Origin: Actinomycetota bacterium
Lineage (GTDB): Bacteria > Actinomycetota > Acidimicrobiia > Acidimicrobiales > Ilumatobacteraceae
Length of the DNA stretch: 43,605 nt
Direction: 5' to 3'
Assembly (NCBI GenBank): GCA_005805045.1
Contig: SYNW01000032.1
Location: 1-43,605 of the forward strand
Both the position numbers and the translations under genes were made by a program. The notes beneath the pieces are model-generated. The model was not told the DNA's origin. It ran no database searches and worked only from the letters and a program-made list of their open reading frames with translations. Positions 1 to 10,663 of the stretch are shown here, piece after piece (within the stretch, counting starts at the first letter, position 1; each line of letters starts with the position of its first letter).

Positions 1-603
1 ATTCCAGCCGAATTCTGCCCAACTTCCGACGGCGACACTTGTCGGCAGAATATCTCTGGTTTTGCCAAGTGCCTGCTGACCATTTAGATCAAGAAACACA
101 ACCAGATTCGTAAGCTTTAACTGACCAGCAAGCGCCGCTGACTCCCAAGTCGACCCTTCATTCAACTCAGAATCGCTCAATACGACAAAAGATCTTCGCT
201 GATCTTTGGCGAGACGACCTGCGAGTGCAGCGCCAACCCCATAACCAATACCTTGACCGAGCGACCCAGTCATAAAGTCGACTCCATCCAATTGTGGATC
301 GGGATGCGTTCCCAAAAGTGAACCATCGCACATATAGGTATTCAAAGTCTCCAATGTAATCACACCAATTTGCTCCAGGCCTGAGTACCAAGCGAGAGCG
401 GCATGACCTTTTGAAAGCACCACGCGATCTCTCGCTATTTCTTTCGTCCCCAAGCCCCTCGCGTTGGCTGCGACTACCGCAACTATCTCACATATCGATA
501 ACGCGCTACCAATATGACCTTTGTGCGCCTTATGTGATGTTTCAATAACCCTCGCACGAATTCTCTGCGCAAAAGCCTGCAAATTCGAGTCGCAAAGTCT
601 CAT
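1..603 (-). CDS. Transketolase family protein, N-terminal thiamine-diphosphate-binding subunit (partial; C-terminus runs off the left edge)
   Basis: Absent from the ORF track because it is open at the window edge. Translation from ATG (complement of 601-603) reads MRLCDSNLQAFAQRIRARVIETSHKAHKGHIGSALSICEIVAV...VLSKGHAALAWY...MTGSLGQGIGYGVGAALAG...LNEGSTWESAALAG. These blocks (GHxGxxLS, SKGHA, GSLGQG) are typical of split transketolase N-terminal subunits. Confidence 0.75.
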   Translation of the reverse strand, partial: MRLCDSNLQAFAQRIRARVIETSHKAHKGHIGSALSICEIVAVVAANARGLGTKEIARDRVVLSKGHAALAWYSGLEQIGVITLETLNTYMCDGSLLGTHPDPQLDGVDFMTGSLGQGIGYGVGAALAGRLAKDQRRSFVVLSDSELNEGSTWESAALAGQLKLTNLVVFLDLNGQQALGKTRDILPTSVAVGSWAEFGWN

Positions 604-661
604 TGGCACGCCAAAATAGTAGTTCAGATTTCAAGTCCCTATTAAAGCTCTATTGGTAGAA

Positions 662-2173
662 CTATTTGGTGGCGAGTTGCGTGAGGTTCGAGGTGATGTC
701 GAGAATCAAACTTGGCAAGAGGCCGATTACCAGGGTTATCGCCAAAGCGACACCGATTGCCATTCGCGAAAGTGCCGGCACTACAACTTTTTCAGGCGAA
801 GGACTATCCGCAAGCCACATACTGACCATGATCCGCAAATAAACGAACGCCGCAATCACCGCACAAACCATCGCGATCACCGCAAGTTGATAACTGCCGA
901 CCGCGACAGCCGATTGAATCACGGCAAACTTCGCCACGAAACCGCTTGTCAAAGGCATGCCAGCTTGCGCCAACAAAAACACCGTCATCACAAGACCAAG
1001 CAACGGTTGATTTTTGGCGAGACCCTTGAAAGAGTCCAGCGAAGTTGCGTCCGCACTTGAGTCGCGAGCGACAACAGTTACGACACCGAATGTGCCGACA
1101 ACAAGTGCGGCATACAACACGACATAAACGACGACGGCGATGAGCCCATCGCCCACATTTACGGAATCACGATGCGATGCGGCTTCGAGACCGACCAAAA
1201 TAAAACCTGCGTGGCTGATCGACGAATAGGCCAGCATCCGTTTGATGTTCGTCTGCACGATGGCAACCACCGAACCAACAACGAGAGTGAGTGCCGAGAG
1301 TACGAGCACAACGGTGCCCCAATCATCACTACGTGACGGAAACGCAACGACAAAAACCCGCACGAGCGCAACGATTGCTGCGATCTTGCCGACCGATGCC
1401 ATGAATCCCGTGGTCGGAGTGGGTGCACCTTGATAAACATCCGGCGTCCACATTTGAAATGGCACCAGCGAAACTTTGAATGCGAAGCCGACCAAAATCA
1501 TGCCGATACCGATGAGCAAAATTGCGTCATTGCGAGGCACGGCGATGTAAGCGTTGAGTGCCAGGTCCAAGCTGATCAATCGTGTTGTGCCGGTGACACC
1601 GTAGGTCAGTGCGACTCCGTACAAGAAAAATGCCGACGAGAAACCACCGAGAATGAAGTACTTCAATCCTGCTTCCTGACTCGAAGTTTGTTTGCGGTTG
1701 CTGGCGGCAAGCAAATAAAGGGAGAGGCTCAAAGTTTCAAGACCCAAAAACAGCACGATCAAATCATTGGCTGCGATCATCACGAGAGCGCCGATTGCTG
1801 AGGTCAAATAAAGTGCATAGATTTCTGGCAAATCAGAACCTTCGCGCGATAGATAGTCACTCGTTATAAAACTGACCAACAAAACGGCAACGATCACGGC
1901 GATTGAACTGAGCAAAGCAAATTGATCCAACGCCAATGCTCCGTCAATAAGCAATCTCGGGCCATTCGTCGTCACATCGCGCCACAAATAAATTGAAAAA
2001 CCAATCGCCACTGCCGAAGTCATGCCGGCCGTAATCGCATAAAGCCGATACGGCCAATGACTCGTCAGCGAGCCGACCAAAAGCAAAACCAACGCCCCTG
2101 CCAAAAGTGTCAACAGCGGCGAGATCGCTAACCATTCAATCTTTGGTCCGACAAATGTCGACAGGTCGTTCAC
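662..2173 (-). CDS. nuoN: NADH-quinone oxidoreductase subunit N
   Basis: 503-aa polytopic antiporter-like membrane protein in the last position of a colinear nuoA-N array. Its GTG start (complement 2171-2173) overlaps the nuoM stop as GTGA. Confidence 0.9.
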   Translation of the reverse strand: MNDLSTFVGPKIEWLAISPLLTLLAGALVLLLVGSLTSHWPYRLYAITAGMTSAVAIGFSIYLWRDVTTNGPRLLIDGALALDQFALLSSIAVIVAVLLVSFITSDYLSREGSDLPEIYALYLTSAIGALVMIAANDLIVLFLGLETLSLSLYLLAASNRKQTSSQEAGLKYFILGGFSSAFFLYGVALTYGVTGTTRLISLDLALNAYIAVPRNDAILLIGIGMILVGFAFKVSLVPFQMWTPDVYQGAPTPTTGFMASVGKIAAIVALVRVFVVAFPSRSDDWGTVVLVLSALTLVVGSVVAIVQTNIKRMLAYSSISHAGFILVGLEAASHRDSVNVGDGLIAVVVYVVLYAALVVGTFGVVTVVARDSSADATSLDSFKGLAKNQPLLGLVMTVFLLAQAGMPLTSGFVAKFAVIQSAVAVGSYQLAVIAMVCAVIAAFVYLRIMVSMWLADSPSPEKVVVPALSRMAIGVALAITLVIGLLPSLILDITSNLTQLATK

Positions 2174-3678
2174 TTTGTCTTGCTTTCAACATGTTCAATG
2201 AAAGAATTGACGCTTGGTTCAATGCGCTCGAGCATCGGTTTGGGATAAACACCCGTGAACACGATGATCGCCACGAACACGGCCATCAGCATTCCTTCTT
2301 TGGCGGAGATTTCTTTGAAAGATGCATTTGCTTCGTCCGGCTCTCCGTGAAACACTCGCTGATAGGCCCACAACAAATACAACGCGGCCAAAACAACACC
2401 GACCGTAGCCACGACCGTCCACCATCTTGCAGCCTCAAACGAACCGATCAAAATCAAGAATTCACCGACGAAACCATTCAAGCCCGGCAGGCCAATCGAA
2501 GACAGCATGACAACCGTGAATACGCCAGCAAAAATCGGGGCAACATGTTGAATGCCCCGTAGTTCGGCGATCTCTCGGGTGTGACGCCGCTCGTAGATCA
2601 TTCCGACCAACAAGAACAATGCTCCGGTTGAAACACCATGATTGACCATTTGCATTACCGCGCCGGTTACTGCTTGCGAACTAAGTGCAAAGGCGCCGAG
2701 CACGATGAATCCAAGGTGAGCCACCGAAGAGTAAGCGACCAAACGCTTCAGATCGCGCTGCATAGTCGCGGCAATTGCCCCATAAATAATTCCGATCACC
2801 GCAAGGGTGAACAGCGCGGGTTGCGCCCACATCGCCGCCTCGGGAAACAGATAAATGCCAAAGCGCAAGAAACCATATGTGCCCATCTTGAGAAGCACGC
2901 CCGCCAAAATTACTGAGCCGCCCGTTGGCGCTTGCGTGTGAGCATCCGGCAGCCAAGTGTGGAATGGAAAAAGTGGAACTTTCACGGCAAAAGCAATCGC
3001 AAACGAGACGAATAACCATCGTGCGGCGTTGGTCGAAAAATTTGCACCCTCGGCGATCTTGATTAGATCGAAAGTCACGATACCGAGATCGCGTCGAGCA
3101 AGTGAAACCGTAGCGATAATTCCGACGAGCATAAATGCAGAGCCGGTCATTGTGTACAAGAAGAACTTCGTCGCCGCATAAACGCGTTGGTCATAACCCC
3201 AACCACCGATCAAGAAATACATCGGCACCAAGACAATTTCAAACATCACGAAGAACAAGAACAGGTCGAGTGCCAAGAACGAGCCCATGACGCCGGCTTG
3301 CAACAACAACATCCAGGCAAAGTACGAAGTTTCGTTGTGATGCGGGTCGATGCCAACGATTACCAAGGGAAATAAAATTCCGGTTAGCACGACCAAGAAC
3401 AAAGAAATTCCGTCGACTCCGAGGTGCCACGAGATGCCCCACTGTGAGATCCATAGGTGTTGCGAAACAAACTGAAATCCGGCCTCACCTGATTTGAACT
3501 CCGCCAACAACCACAACGAAAACGCGGCTGTAGTCACGCTCGATGTCATCGCGGCGAGTTTCATCCATTCAGCACGCGATTTACCCAACAGCGAAACAAC
3601 TATCGCACCAACTAGCGGCAAGACAACCAGCGCCGACAAAATTGGAAAACTTAAACTTTCGGTTGATGCGGCAATCAC
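2170..3678 (-). CDS. nuoM: NADH-quinone oxidoreductase subunit M
   Basis: Antiporter-like subunit with the NuoM block FHTWLPDAHTQAPTGGSVILAGVLLKMGTYG. The track ORF extends to ATG at 3705 (31 nt overlap with nuoL). I prefer the in-frame GTG at 3676-3678, which overlaps the nuoL stop as GTGA, the coupling pattern seen elsewhere in this operon. The start is uncertain between 3678 and 3705. Confidence 0.88.
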   Translation of the reverse strand: MIAASTESLSFPILSALVVLPLVGAIVVSLLGKSRAEWMKLAAMTSSVTTAAFSLWLLAEFKSGEAGFQFVSQHLWISQWGISWHLGVDGISLFLVVLTGILFPLVIVGIDPHHNETSYFAWMLLLQAGVMGSFLALDLFLFFVMFEIVLVPMYFLIGGWGYDQRVYAATKFFLYTMTGSAFMLVGIIATVSLARRDLGIVTFDLIKIAEGANFSTNAARWLFVSFAIAFAVKVPLFPFHTWLPDAHTQAPTGGSVILAGVLLKMGTYGFLRFGIYLFPEAAMWAQPALFTLAVIGIIYGAIAATMQRDLKRLVAYSSVAHLGFIVLGAFALSSQAVTGAVMQMVNHGVSTGALFLLVGMIYERRHTREIAELRGIQHVAPIFAGVFTVVMLSSIGLPGLNGFVGEFLILIGSFEAARWWTVVATVGVVLAALYLLWAYQRVFHGEPDEANASFKEISAKEGMLMAVFVAIIVFTGVYPKPMLERIEPSVNSFIEHVESKTK

Positions 3679-5588
3679 AGCAGAACTCCACGCAATAAAA
3701 ACCATGCCAAGACCAAAACTGCGCCGAGGCTAATCAAGAGCGCATAGGTGCGAACAAAACCGCTTTGCGCTCGACGCACGGAGCCGGCGATGCCGCTTAT
3801 TGATTCACCAACTCCGTTGACGATGCCGTCCACGATATTGTCGTCGATCCACGTAACGAAATTGAACGTCGTCGCTCCCGGGCCGGCAATGGCGCGACTC
3901 ACTGTCGCGTCATACTTCCAGGCTTGTTCAAGAATTTTTGGTTCAACAACTTTGAACTTGGCCTTGCCATAGCCGGCTATCGCAATCAATATGCCGGTCA
4001 CCGCGACAACGACGGCAAGCAGTAGCAATAAATACTTGTTCTGATAAGCCCAAGTTTTGCCAATATAAGCCTCTGATTCTTCGACCACTGGCGCCAGCCA
4101 ATGTTCTAAAAAATGCAGTTTCTTGCTGAACGGCAGCTGCATTGCGCCGCCGAATATCGAGAGCACCGACAAAACAAGCAGCGGAATCAACATCACTCGT
4201 GGGCTCTCATGCGGGGTGATATCGCCGTGCGCACCGTGCTCTTCACTGTGATCATTCCATCTCGCCTCACCGTAGAACACCATGATCACTTGACGCGTCA
4301 TGTAATAAGCGGTCAGCAGCGCGGTGACAATGCCGACAATGTATAGCGCCGGGCTTTTCGCAAAAACATAAAGCAAAATCTCGTCTTTTGACCAAAAGCC
4401 GGCAAATGGCGGCACGCCCGCAATCGCCAACCAGCCGATGATGAAAGTGAAACCAGTTATCGGCATGACCTTGCGCAATGCACCCATGCGTCGCATGTCT
4501 TGTTGATGATGCATGCCGTGAATCACCGAACCAGAACCCAAGAACAACAAAGCCTTAAAAAATGCGTGGGTCACCATGTGAAAAATTGCCGCGACATATG
4601 CGCCAGAGCCGATTGCTAAAAACATGAAACCGAGTTGCGAGACCGTGCTGTATGCCAAAACTTTTTTGATGTCGTTTTGGGCTACTGCGATAGTGGCCGC
4701 ATAAAGCGCCGTTGCAGCACCGACCACCGCGATAACGGTTGACGCCCAGTCGTAAGAAACATGCAGCACTGGATTCATTCGCGTCATCAAAAACACGCCA
4801 GAGGTAACCATCGTCGCCGCATGAATCAACGCGGATACTGGTGTTGGGCCTTCCATCGCATCGGGCAACCACAAATAGAGCGGCAACTGCGCGCTCTTGC
4901 CACAAGCACCCACGAACAACAACATCGCAATTGCTGTTGCCGTGACCGATGCCAGTTCGCCTCCGTGGGCAGCCTCGTTGATCGCCCCATAAGACAAGGA
5001 ACCGGCTGATGAAAATGCCAAGAACATTGCGGTCATCACACCGAAGTCGCCGATACGGTTGGTCACGAAAGCTTTTTTGCCGGCAACTGCCGCGCTGTCT
5101 CGAGTATGCCAGAACGAGATCAAGAAATAACTGCAGGCACCGACGCCCTCCCACCCCAAGAAAGTTACGAGCAAGTTTTCACCAAGCACAAGCATCAGCA
5201 TGCTGAATACAAATAAATTCAAGTAAAGAAAAAACTTCGAGAACTTTGCGTCGCCGTGCATGTATCCGATTGCATAAAGATGAATCAACGTAGAAATACC
5301 CGTAACAAAAAGCGCCATGACGATACTCAGGGGGTCGGCGAGTAACGCAAAGTCGACTTGCAAAGAGCCCACTGGCAACCACGAGAACAACACCTCGACA
5401 TGGGTGCGTTCTTCGGCTTCGAGACCGAGCATCTCGAAATAAACCATAACGGTAAGCAAAAATGCACCACCGGTGGCGAGCGTTGCCACCCAACCAGAGC
5501 GTGGGTCGCCAAACTTGCGACCTAGAACCAAGTTCAACATTGCCCCCGCGAGTGGCAACAACGGGATCAACCAGATCAGGTTCAACAT
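3675..5588 (-). CDS. nuoL: NADH-quinone oxidoreductase subunit L
   Basis: 637-aa antiporter-like subunit with the block SAQLPLYLWLPDAMEGPTPVSALIHAATMVTSGVFL and a long C-terminal extension with a terminal TM helix. Position is between nuoK and nuoM. Confidence 0.92.
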   Translation of the reverse strand: MLNLIWLIPLLPLAGAMLNLVLGRKFGDPRSGWVATLATGGAFLLTVMVYFEMLGLEAEERTHVEVLFSWLPVGSLQVDFALLADPLSIVMALFVTGISTLIHLYAIGYMHGDAKFSKFFLYLNLFVFSMLMLVLGENLLVTFLGWEGVGACSYFLISFWHTRDSAAVAGKKAFVTNRIGDFGVMTAMFLAFSSAGSLSYGAINEAAHGGELASVTATAIAMLLFVGACGKSAQLPLYLWLPDAMEGPTPVSALIHAATMVTSGVFLMTRMNPVLHVSYDWASTVIAVVGAATALYAATIAVAQNDIKKVLAYSTVSQLGFMFLAIGSGAYVAAIFHMVTHAFFKALLFLGSGSVIHGMHHQQDMRRMGALRKVMPITGFTFIIGWLAIAGVPPFAGFWSKDEILLYVFAKSPALYIVGIVTALLTAYYMTRQVIMVFYGEARWNDHSEEHGAHGDITPHESPRVMLIPLLVLSVLSIFGGAMQLPFSKKLHFLEHWLAPVVEESEAYIGKTWAYQNKYLLLLLAVVVAVTGILIAIAGYGKAKFKVVEPKILEQAWKYDATVSRAIAGPGATTFNFVTWIDDNIVDGIVNGVGESISGIAGSVRRAQSGFVRTYALLISLGAVLVLAWFLLRGVLL

Positions 5589-5590
5589 GA

Positions 5591-5911
5591 TCAGCCTTTT
5601 AGTTCTGCCAAATCATCGGTGGTAAGAGCCGCGCGATTGCGCATAATCGAAACGATGATCCCGAGACCAACCACGACTTCGGCAGCAGCCACCACCATCA
5701 CGAAGAGAACGACCGTTTGACCGTTGATGTCGTTTAGTTCACGTGCCAGAGTGACGAAACTCAAGTTCACCGCATTGAGCATTAGTTCGATGCACATGAA
5801 CATCACCAGGGGGTTCCTGCGCACGAGCACGCCCAAGGTGCCAATGGCAAACAAAACGGCGGCCAAAATCAAATACCAAGTTGCAGTTGGGGCCAAACTT
5901 AGCGAGATCAC
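5591..5911 (-). CDS. nuoK: NADH-quinone oxidoreductase subunit K
   Basis: 106-aa protein with three TM helices in the correct operon position. GTG start overlaps the nuoJ stop (GTGA). Confidence 0.88.
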   Translation of the reverse strand: MISLSLAPTATWYLILAAVLFAIGTLGVLVRRNPLVMFMCIELMLNAVNLSFVTLARELNDINGQTVVLFVMVVAAAEVVVGLGIIVSIMRNRAALTTDDLAELKG

Positions 5912-6444
5912 TTTGCACCCAACTTTGCTTTGCGTGTCAACAACACGGTGCCGACCACAGCGATGACCAACAACACTGAAGTTACCTCGAACGCAACGAC
6001 GTATCGCGAAAAAATTGACTCGGCGAGTTGCACGGTGTTGGCATCAGAACCATTTTGCAAATCTGGCACATTGATGCCCGATCCCCGCTCGTTTATCTTC
6101 CCATTGCCGTCGACGATCGCCGCTACGAGAACGCCCAATAGTCCGAGGCTTGCAATGATCGCCAGTGGTCGTTGTGCCGTCAAAGGTTCGGTTCGCAGAT
6201 TCTCAACTCTGTCGACACCCAGCAACATAATCACGAACAAAAACAGAACCACGATCGCACCCGCATAGACGATGACTTGCACGGCTGCCAAAAAGTGGGC
6301 TTCTTGGGCGATAAATAAAACGGCGACACCAAACAGCGTCAAAACAAGACTCAATGCTGCGTGCACGGGATGCTTGCGCACGATGACACCCACGGCGCCC
6401 AACAAAATCATCAGCGCTGCACAAACGAAGACGAAAAACTCCAC
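5908..6444 (-). CDS. nuoJ: NADH-quinone oxidoreductase subunit J
   Basis: 178-aa membrane protein between nuoI and nuoK. GTG start lies directly after the nuoI stop. Confidence 0.85.
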   Translation of the reverse strand: MEFFVFVCAALMILLGAVGVIVRKHPVHAALSLVLTLFGVAVLFIAQEAHFLAAVQVIVYAGAIVVLFLFVIMLLGVDRVENLRTEPLTAQRPLAIIASLGLLGVLVAAIVDGNGKINERGSGINVPDLQNGSDANTVQLAESIFSRYVVAFEVTSVLLVIAVVGTVLLTRKAKLGAK

Positions 6445-7077
6445 TTATTCGCTCTTTTGTTCCGCGGGTCTCACACCATGACCCAGTTCGCCACTCCATG
6501 CGACGACTCCCGTGAAACTGGCGTCGCCCGACGCGGCAGTTGCGCGCATCCAACCAGAAGTGTTTTTGTCTTCGCCTTCGCGCCAGTCTTCCCATTCAAG
6601 TTGTTGTGGATTGCCGGTGAGATCAACCAGCAGTTCGTTCTTCGTGTAAATCGCATCTTGACGATTGGTGAAAGAAAACTCGAACAGTTTTGTTTCGGTG
6701 ATTGCCTCAGTCGGACAAGCCTCAACACAAAGGTCGCAGTGAATGCAGCGAAGATAATTAATCTCATAGATCCAACCAAAACGCTCACCGGGTGATGTCG
6801 GCGATTCTGGGTTGTTGTCAGCGCCGCGAACATGAATGCACTTGGCAGGACACACCGCTGAGCAAAGTTCGCAACCGATGCACTTCTCCATGCCGTCTTC
6901 ATAGCGATTGAGCACGTGACGACCATGCAATCGCTCGGGCTTGTCAATCTTCGCATCCATCTTCTCGGCGTTGCGCTTTTTGCGGCGAAACATGCGGCCG
7001 CCCGAATACTGAGTAGTCACCCGATTCTTTTTGCCGTGCTGGCGAAAAGTAACTGCGAATCCCCCGAGGTAACCCAT
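6445..7077 (-). CDS. nuoI: NADH-quinone oxidoreductase subunit I (2x[4Fe-4S])
   Basis: Two ferredoxin-type motifs, [12 protein letters not shown] and [12 protein letters not shown]. Its ATG shares 1 nt with the nuoH stop. Confidence 0.92.
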   Translation of the reverse strand: MGYLGGFAVTFRQHGKKNRVTTQYSGGRMFRRKKRNAEKMDAKIDKPERLHGRHVLNRYEDGMEKCIGCELCSAVCPAKCIHVRGADNNPESPTSPGERFGWIYEINYLRCIHCDLCVEACPTEAITETKLFEFSFTNRQDAIYTKNELLVDLTGNPQQLEWEDWREGEDKNTSGWMRATAASGDASFTGVVAWSGELGHGVRPAEQKSE

Positions 7078-8294
7078 TAGAACATTGTCCCCTGTGTCTC
7101 ACGCTCGCGGGTGCTTCTTGCGAATGCCGCCTGCATCAACAGATAGCAAATCAAAAGCACGGCGATTGATGCGCCTGTCACAACGAAGATATTCCAATTA
7201 TTTTGTCGAGCAAGTCGCTGTGCAGCAAGCAGCATGAACCACCCGAGTGACGCGGGGATCAACAACTTCCAACCCAAATCCATCAGTTGGTCGTAGCGCA
7301 AGCGCGGCAACGTCGCTCTGAACCAGATGTATATGTATAGGAATACCAGGATCTTTGCGAGCAACCACACCGTGCCCTCGAGGGCGTTAGGCAGAAGTGG
7401 AATATCCAGCACAAAGTTGCCGACTGCGATTGGCTGTGGACCGCCAAAGAACAACGTCACGATCAACGCTGACATCGTCACGGTATTCATAAATTCGGCA
7501 AGATAAAACAGAGCGAAGCGGATGGATGAATACTCGGTGTTGAAACCTCCAACAAGTTCTTGTTCGGCTTCGACCAAGTCGAAGGGTGGCCGATTGAGTT
7601 CGGCCGTGGCGGCGATCATGAAGATAAAAAATGGCACGATGCCCGTCGAGATGATGTGCCAGTCGACAATTGTCGTCTGGGCCGAAACGATTCCGCTTGT
7701 CGACAATGTGCCCGAAAGCAACAACACACAAGCCAAAGACAAACCAAGTGCGGCTTCATAACTGACCATTTGCGCGGTCGCACGCACCGAACCCAGCAAC
7801 GGATATTTCGAACCGCTTGACCAGCCGGCGAGCATGATCCCATAAACGGCAATCGATGAAATCGCCAAGGCAAACAACACGCCAATTGGCGGATCAGCAA
7901 GTTGAATTCGCGTCACCTGTCCAAACAGGGTTACTTCACCCGAGGATCCGTTGCGAAAATCACCACCGAGCGGAATAATTGCGAACGCCAAAAACGCCGG
8001 CACGAACGACAAAAACGGGGCAAGAGCAAAAACAAAACGATCGGCTCGACTCGGAAATAAGTCTTCTTTGAAAAATAACTTGATGCCATCGGCGAGCGTC
8101 TGCAAGATACCGAACGGACCAGCTTTGTTCGGACCGATGCGATTCTGCATTCCGGCGATCGCTTTGCGCTCGAACCAAACCATCAACATTGTGGCGAGCA
8201 ACCCGACAACAAAGACCACCAAAACTTTAAGTAGCACGATCAATAGCGGCGCCCACAACAGATCATCTTGCAAAAGCGGGTCGAGGGCGATCAT
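7077..8294 (-). CDS. nuoH: NADH-quinone oxidoreductase subunit H
   Basis: 405-aa polytopic protein with the NuoH block [34 protein letters not shown] overlap with nuoG. Confidence 0.92.
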   Translation of the reverse strand: MIALDPLLQDDLLWAPLLIVLLKVLVVFVVGLLATMLMVWFERKAIAGMQNRIGPNKAGPFGILQTLADGIKLFFKEDLFPSRADRFVFALAPFLSFVPAFLAFAIIPLGGDFRNGSSGEVTLFGQVTRIQLADPPIGVLFALAISSIAVYGIMLAGWSSGSKYPLLGSVRATAQMVSYEAALGLSLACVLLLSGTLSTSGIVSAQTTIVDWHIISTGIVPFFIFMIAATAELNRPPFDLVEAEQELVGGFNTEYSSIRFALFYLAEFMNTVTMSALIVTLFFGGPQPIAVGNFVLDIPLLPNALEGTVWLLAKILVFLYIYIWFRATLPRLRYDQLMDLGWKLLIPASLGWFMLLAAQRLARQNNWNIFVVTGASIAVLLICYLLMQAAFARSTRERETQGTMF

Positions 8295-10663
8295 TTGATC
8301 GGCTCAATTCGCACGTCTATGACATCGTTTGAAATGTTCAACAACGGCCGAATGTCTACGCCGGTGTGGTTGAACGGCAACCATGCCACACCGCGATGCA
8401 CACCATTGTGACTTTTTATCATTATCACGATATTCGTGCCTTCGGCGCCGACGCGAACGTTGGTCCCATCGACGACACCAATGCGCGCAAGATCAAGAGG
8501 ATTCACAAAAATCGCGGCATCGGTGATGATTCCTGCAAGCGATGGGCTTGAAACAGTCGACCCTGCCGAGTCATACATCGTGCGCGACACAACCAATCGA
8601 AGGTTGTACGTATTTCGATCGATGACTTTGCTCAGATTGCTGGAAATCGTCACCGGGGTTTCGCGCGCCATTAGCACCCCGTCACCATGGGTTGATTTGG
8701 CGTCGACACTTGGCGCAAACGCTGCAACGGTGCCGACGAGTTTCTCGCTGAGATCTTCAAGACTGGATACACCGATGTCGACGCCAAGGCTGATGCTCAA
8801 TTCTGTGGCGATCATCCAGTCAGGGCGCGAAGTGCCGCGCGGGGTGATCTTTTGTGCGACATTACTAATTCGACCTTCAAGATTCGTTGTCGTTCCATTT
8901 TTTTCACCATAAGCAGCGGCTGGTAAAACAACGTCTGCATTGCGATTTGAATCGTTGATCATCGTGTCGATGCTGATCAAGTTTTTGATTTGGGTAAATG
9001 CACGTTGCACGAGGCCAGAATCAGGCACGTCGGCCATCGGGTCTGCTCCAAGCAAAATCAAGCAATCAATCTTGCCTGCGGCTGCAGCATTCAAAATGTC
9101 GGTCGCATCACCTGAATTATTTTGCGGCGTCAACCCCGCCGCGATCGCCCCGCGCACGTTGCCACGGCGCAAAACTGGAAGCACTTTCACGCTTGGTGCC
9201 GCGATAAAAACTTCGGCTAGTGCTTGCAGCGTGAACATTTCGTTTTCTGCCAAATTAGGTCGACCAACAACCACGACGACTTGGCCGCGGGCAAGTTGCT
9301 CTTTCATCTCTGGCGTCGACAATGCTTCGCGCACGGCCCGCGCCTGGTGTCCTGGTTCGAAGCCAACGGTGCGCCACGCATGCGGGGTCAAACCAGAATC
9401 ATGGGCACTCACTTCGATGATTCGCGATTTACGTTTCTGCGCCGCATCTCGGACACGCAAATAAAGAACTGGCAACTCTTCTTTAAGGTCAGGAGCGAGC
9501 AAGATGATTGTGCTCGCGGCGCAAGTCTCATCGATCGTCGCCTGAGCAAGGTTGAAAACTTCGGGGCTCAAACCGTCACCGAACTGAGAATCACGCTGAT
9601 CAATGCCAAGTTTGTCGGCCAACATCGCCCAGGCAAATGCATCCTCATTCGTGCCACGAGCACCACCCAGGATCGCCACCGAATTTGCATTACCCGCCAA
9701 AGCGAGACGAATCATGCGAGCAGTGGTTTCAAGAGCAACAGACCAAGATGTTGCCACAAGTTCCGTACCGGTCTTGACTAGCGGCGTCGTCAAACGATCG
9801 GGCGAGTTCACCGACTCAAAGTTGTAACGACCGCGATCGCACAGCCACCCCCAATTCACGGGGTCGATATCCACGCCTTGATATCGCACGAGTTCATCGC
9901 GACTGCTTTGCACGACGGTTCGACAACCAACCGAACACGAAGTGCAGGTACTTTCCGTTTGTTCAAGATCCCACGGGCGCGCCTTAAATCGATAAGGCCT
10001 GGCCGTCAACGCACCCACGGGACAGATCTGCACGGTGTTGCCGGAGAAATATGAACTGAACGGCTCATCGGGAAATGTCAGGACCTGAGTGTCGTTGCCA
10101 CGGTTGGTGAACGTGATCAACGCATCACCCGCAACTTCGTCGGCGAACCGCGTGCATCGATCACACAAAATGCATCGCTCACGATCCAGGTAGACGATGT
10201 CGCTGATTGCGATTGGTTTTTCGTAGTGACGCTTTTCTTCGACGAATCGACTCTCGCCCGGGCCATGGCTGAACGCTTGATCTTGCAACGGACATTCGCC
10301 ACCCTTGTCGCAAACAGGACAATCAAGTGGATGATTCGCCAACAACAATTCGAGCACGCCCTCTTGGGCTTTTTTGACCGAGTCGGTTGTGGTGCGAACG
10401 ATCTGACCCTCGACCACAGGCGTCATACACGACACAACGATCATCGGCCCCCGTGGTGTTTCAACTTCGACAAGACACTGCCGACACATGCCCACCGATG
10501 ACATCCGCGGGTGATAACAGAATCTGGGGATGAAATCATCGGTTCGATCCGCCGCCGCAATAATCAACTCACCTTTTCGCGCCGCGACCGGTTTGTCATT
10601 GATCGTGATGTTGACGACATTTGGGTCGACAACACTCTCTTTGATTGGATCCATGATCGTCAT
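8291..10663 (-). CDS. nuoG: NADH-quinone oxidoreductase subunit G
   Basis: 790 aa. N-terminal 2Fe-2S region (CYHPRMSSVGMCRQCLVEV), HPLDCPVCDKGGECPLQD and CILCDRCTRF cluster motifs, then a molybdopterin-oxidoreductase-like body. ATGA overlap with nuoF. Confidence 0.93.
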   Translation of the reverse strand: MTIMDPIKESVVDPNVVNITINDKPVAARKGELIIAAADRTDDFIPRFCYHPRMSSVGMCRQCLVEVETPRGPMIVVSCMTPVVEGQIVRTTTDSVKKAQEGVLELLLANHPLDCPVCDKGGECPLQDQAFSHGPGESRFVEEKRHYEKPIAISDIVYLDRERCILCDRCTRFADEVAGDALITFTNRGNDTQVLTFPDEPFSSYFSGNTVQICPVGALTARPYRFKARPWDLEQTESTCTSCSVGCRTVVQSSRDELVRYQGVDIDPVNWGWLCDRGRYNFESVNSPDRLTTPLVKTGTELVATSWSVALETTARMIRLALAGNANSVAILGGARGTNEDAFAWAMLADKLGIDQRDSQFGDGLSPEVFNLAQATIDETCAASTIILLAPDLKEELPVLYLRVRDAAQKRKSRIIEVSAHDSGLTPHAWRTVGFEPGHQARAVREALSTPEMKEQLARGQVVVVVGRPNLAENEMFTLQALAEVFIAAPSVKVLPVLRRGNVRGAIAAGLTPQNNSGDATDILNAAAAGKIDCLILLGADPMADVPDSGLVQRAFTQIKNLISIDTMINDSNRNADVVLPAAAYGEKNGTTTNLEGRISNVAQKITPRGTSRPDWMIATELSISLGVDIGVSSLEDLSEKLVGTVAAFAPSVDAKSTHGDGVLMARETPVTISSNLSKVIDRNTYNLRLVVSRTMYDSAGSTVSSPSLAGIITDAAIFVNPLDLARIGVVDGTNVRVGAEGTNIVIMIKSHNGVHRGVAWLPFNHTGVDIRPLLNISNDVIDVRIEPIK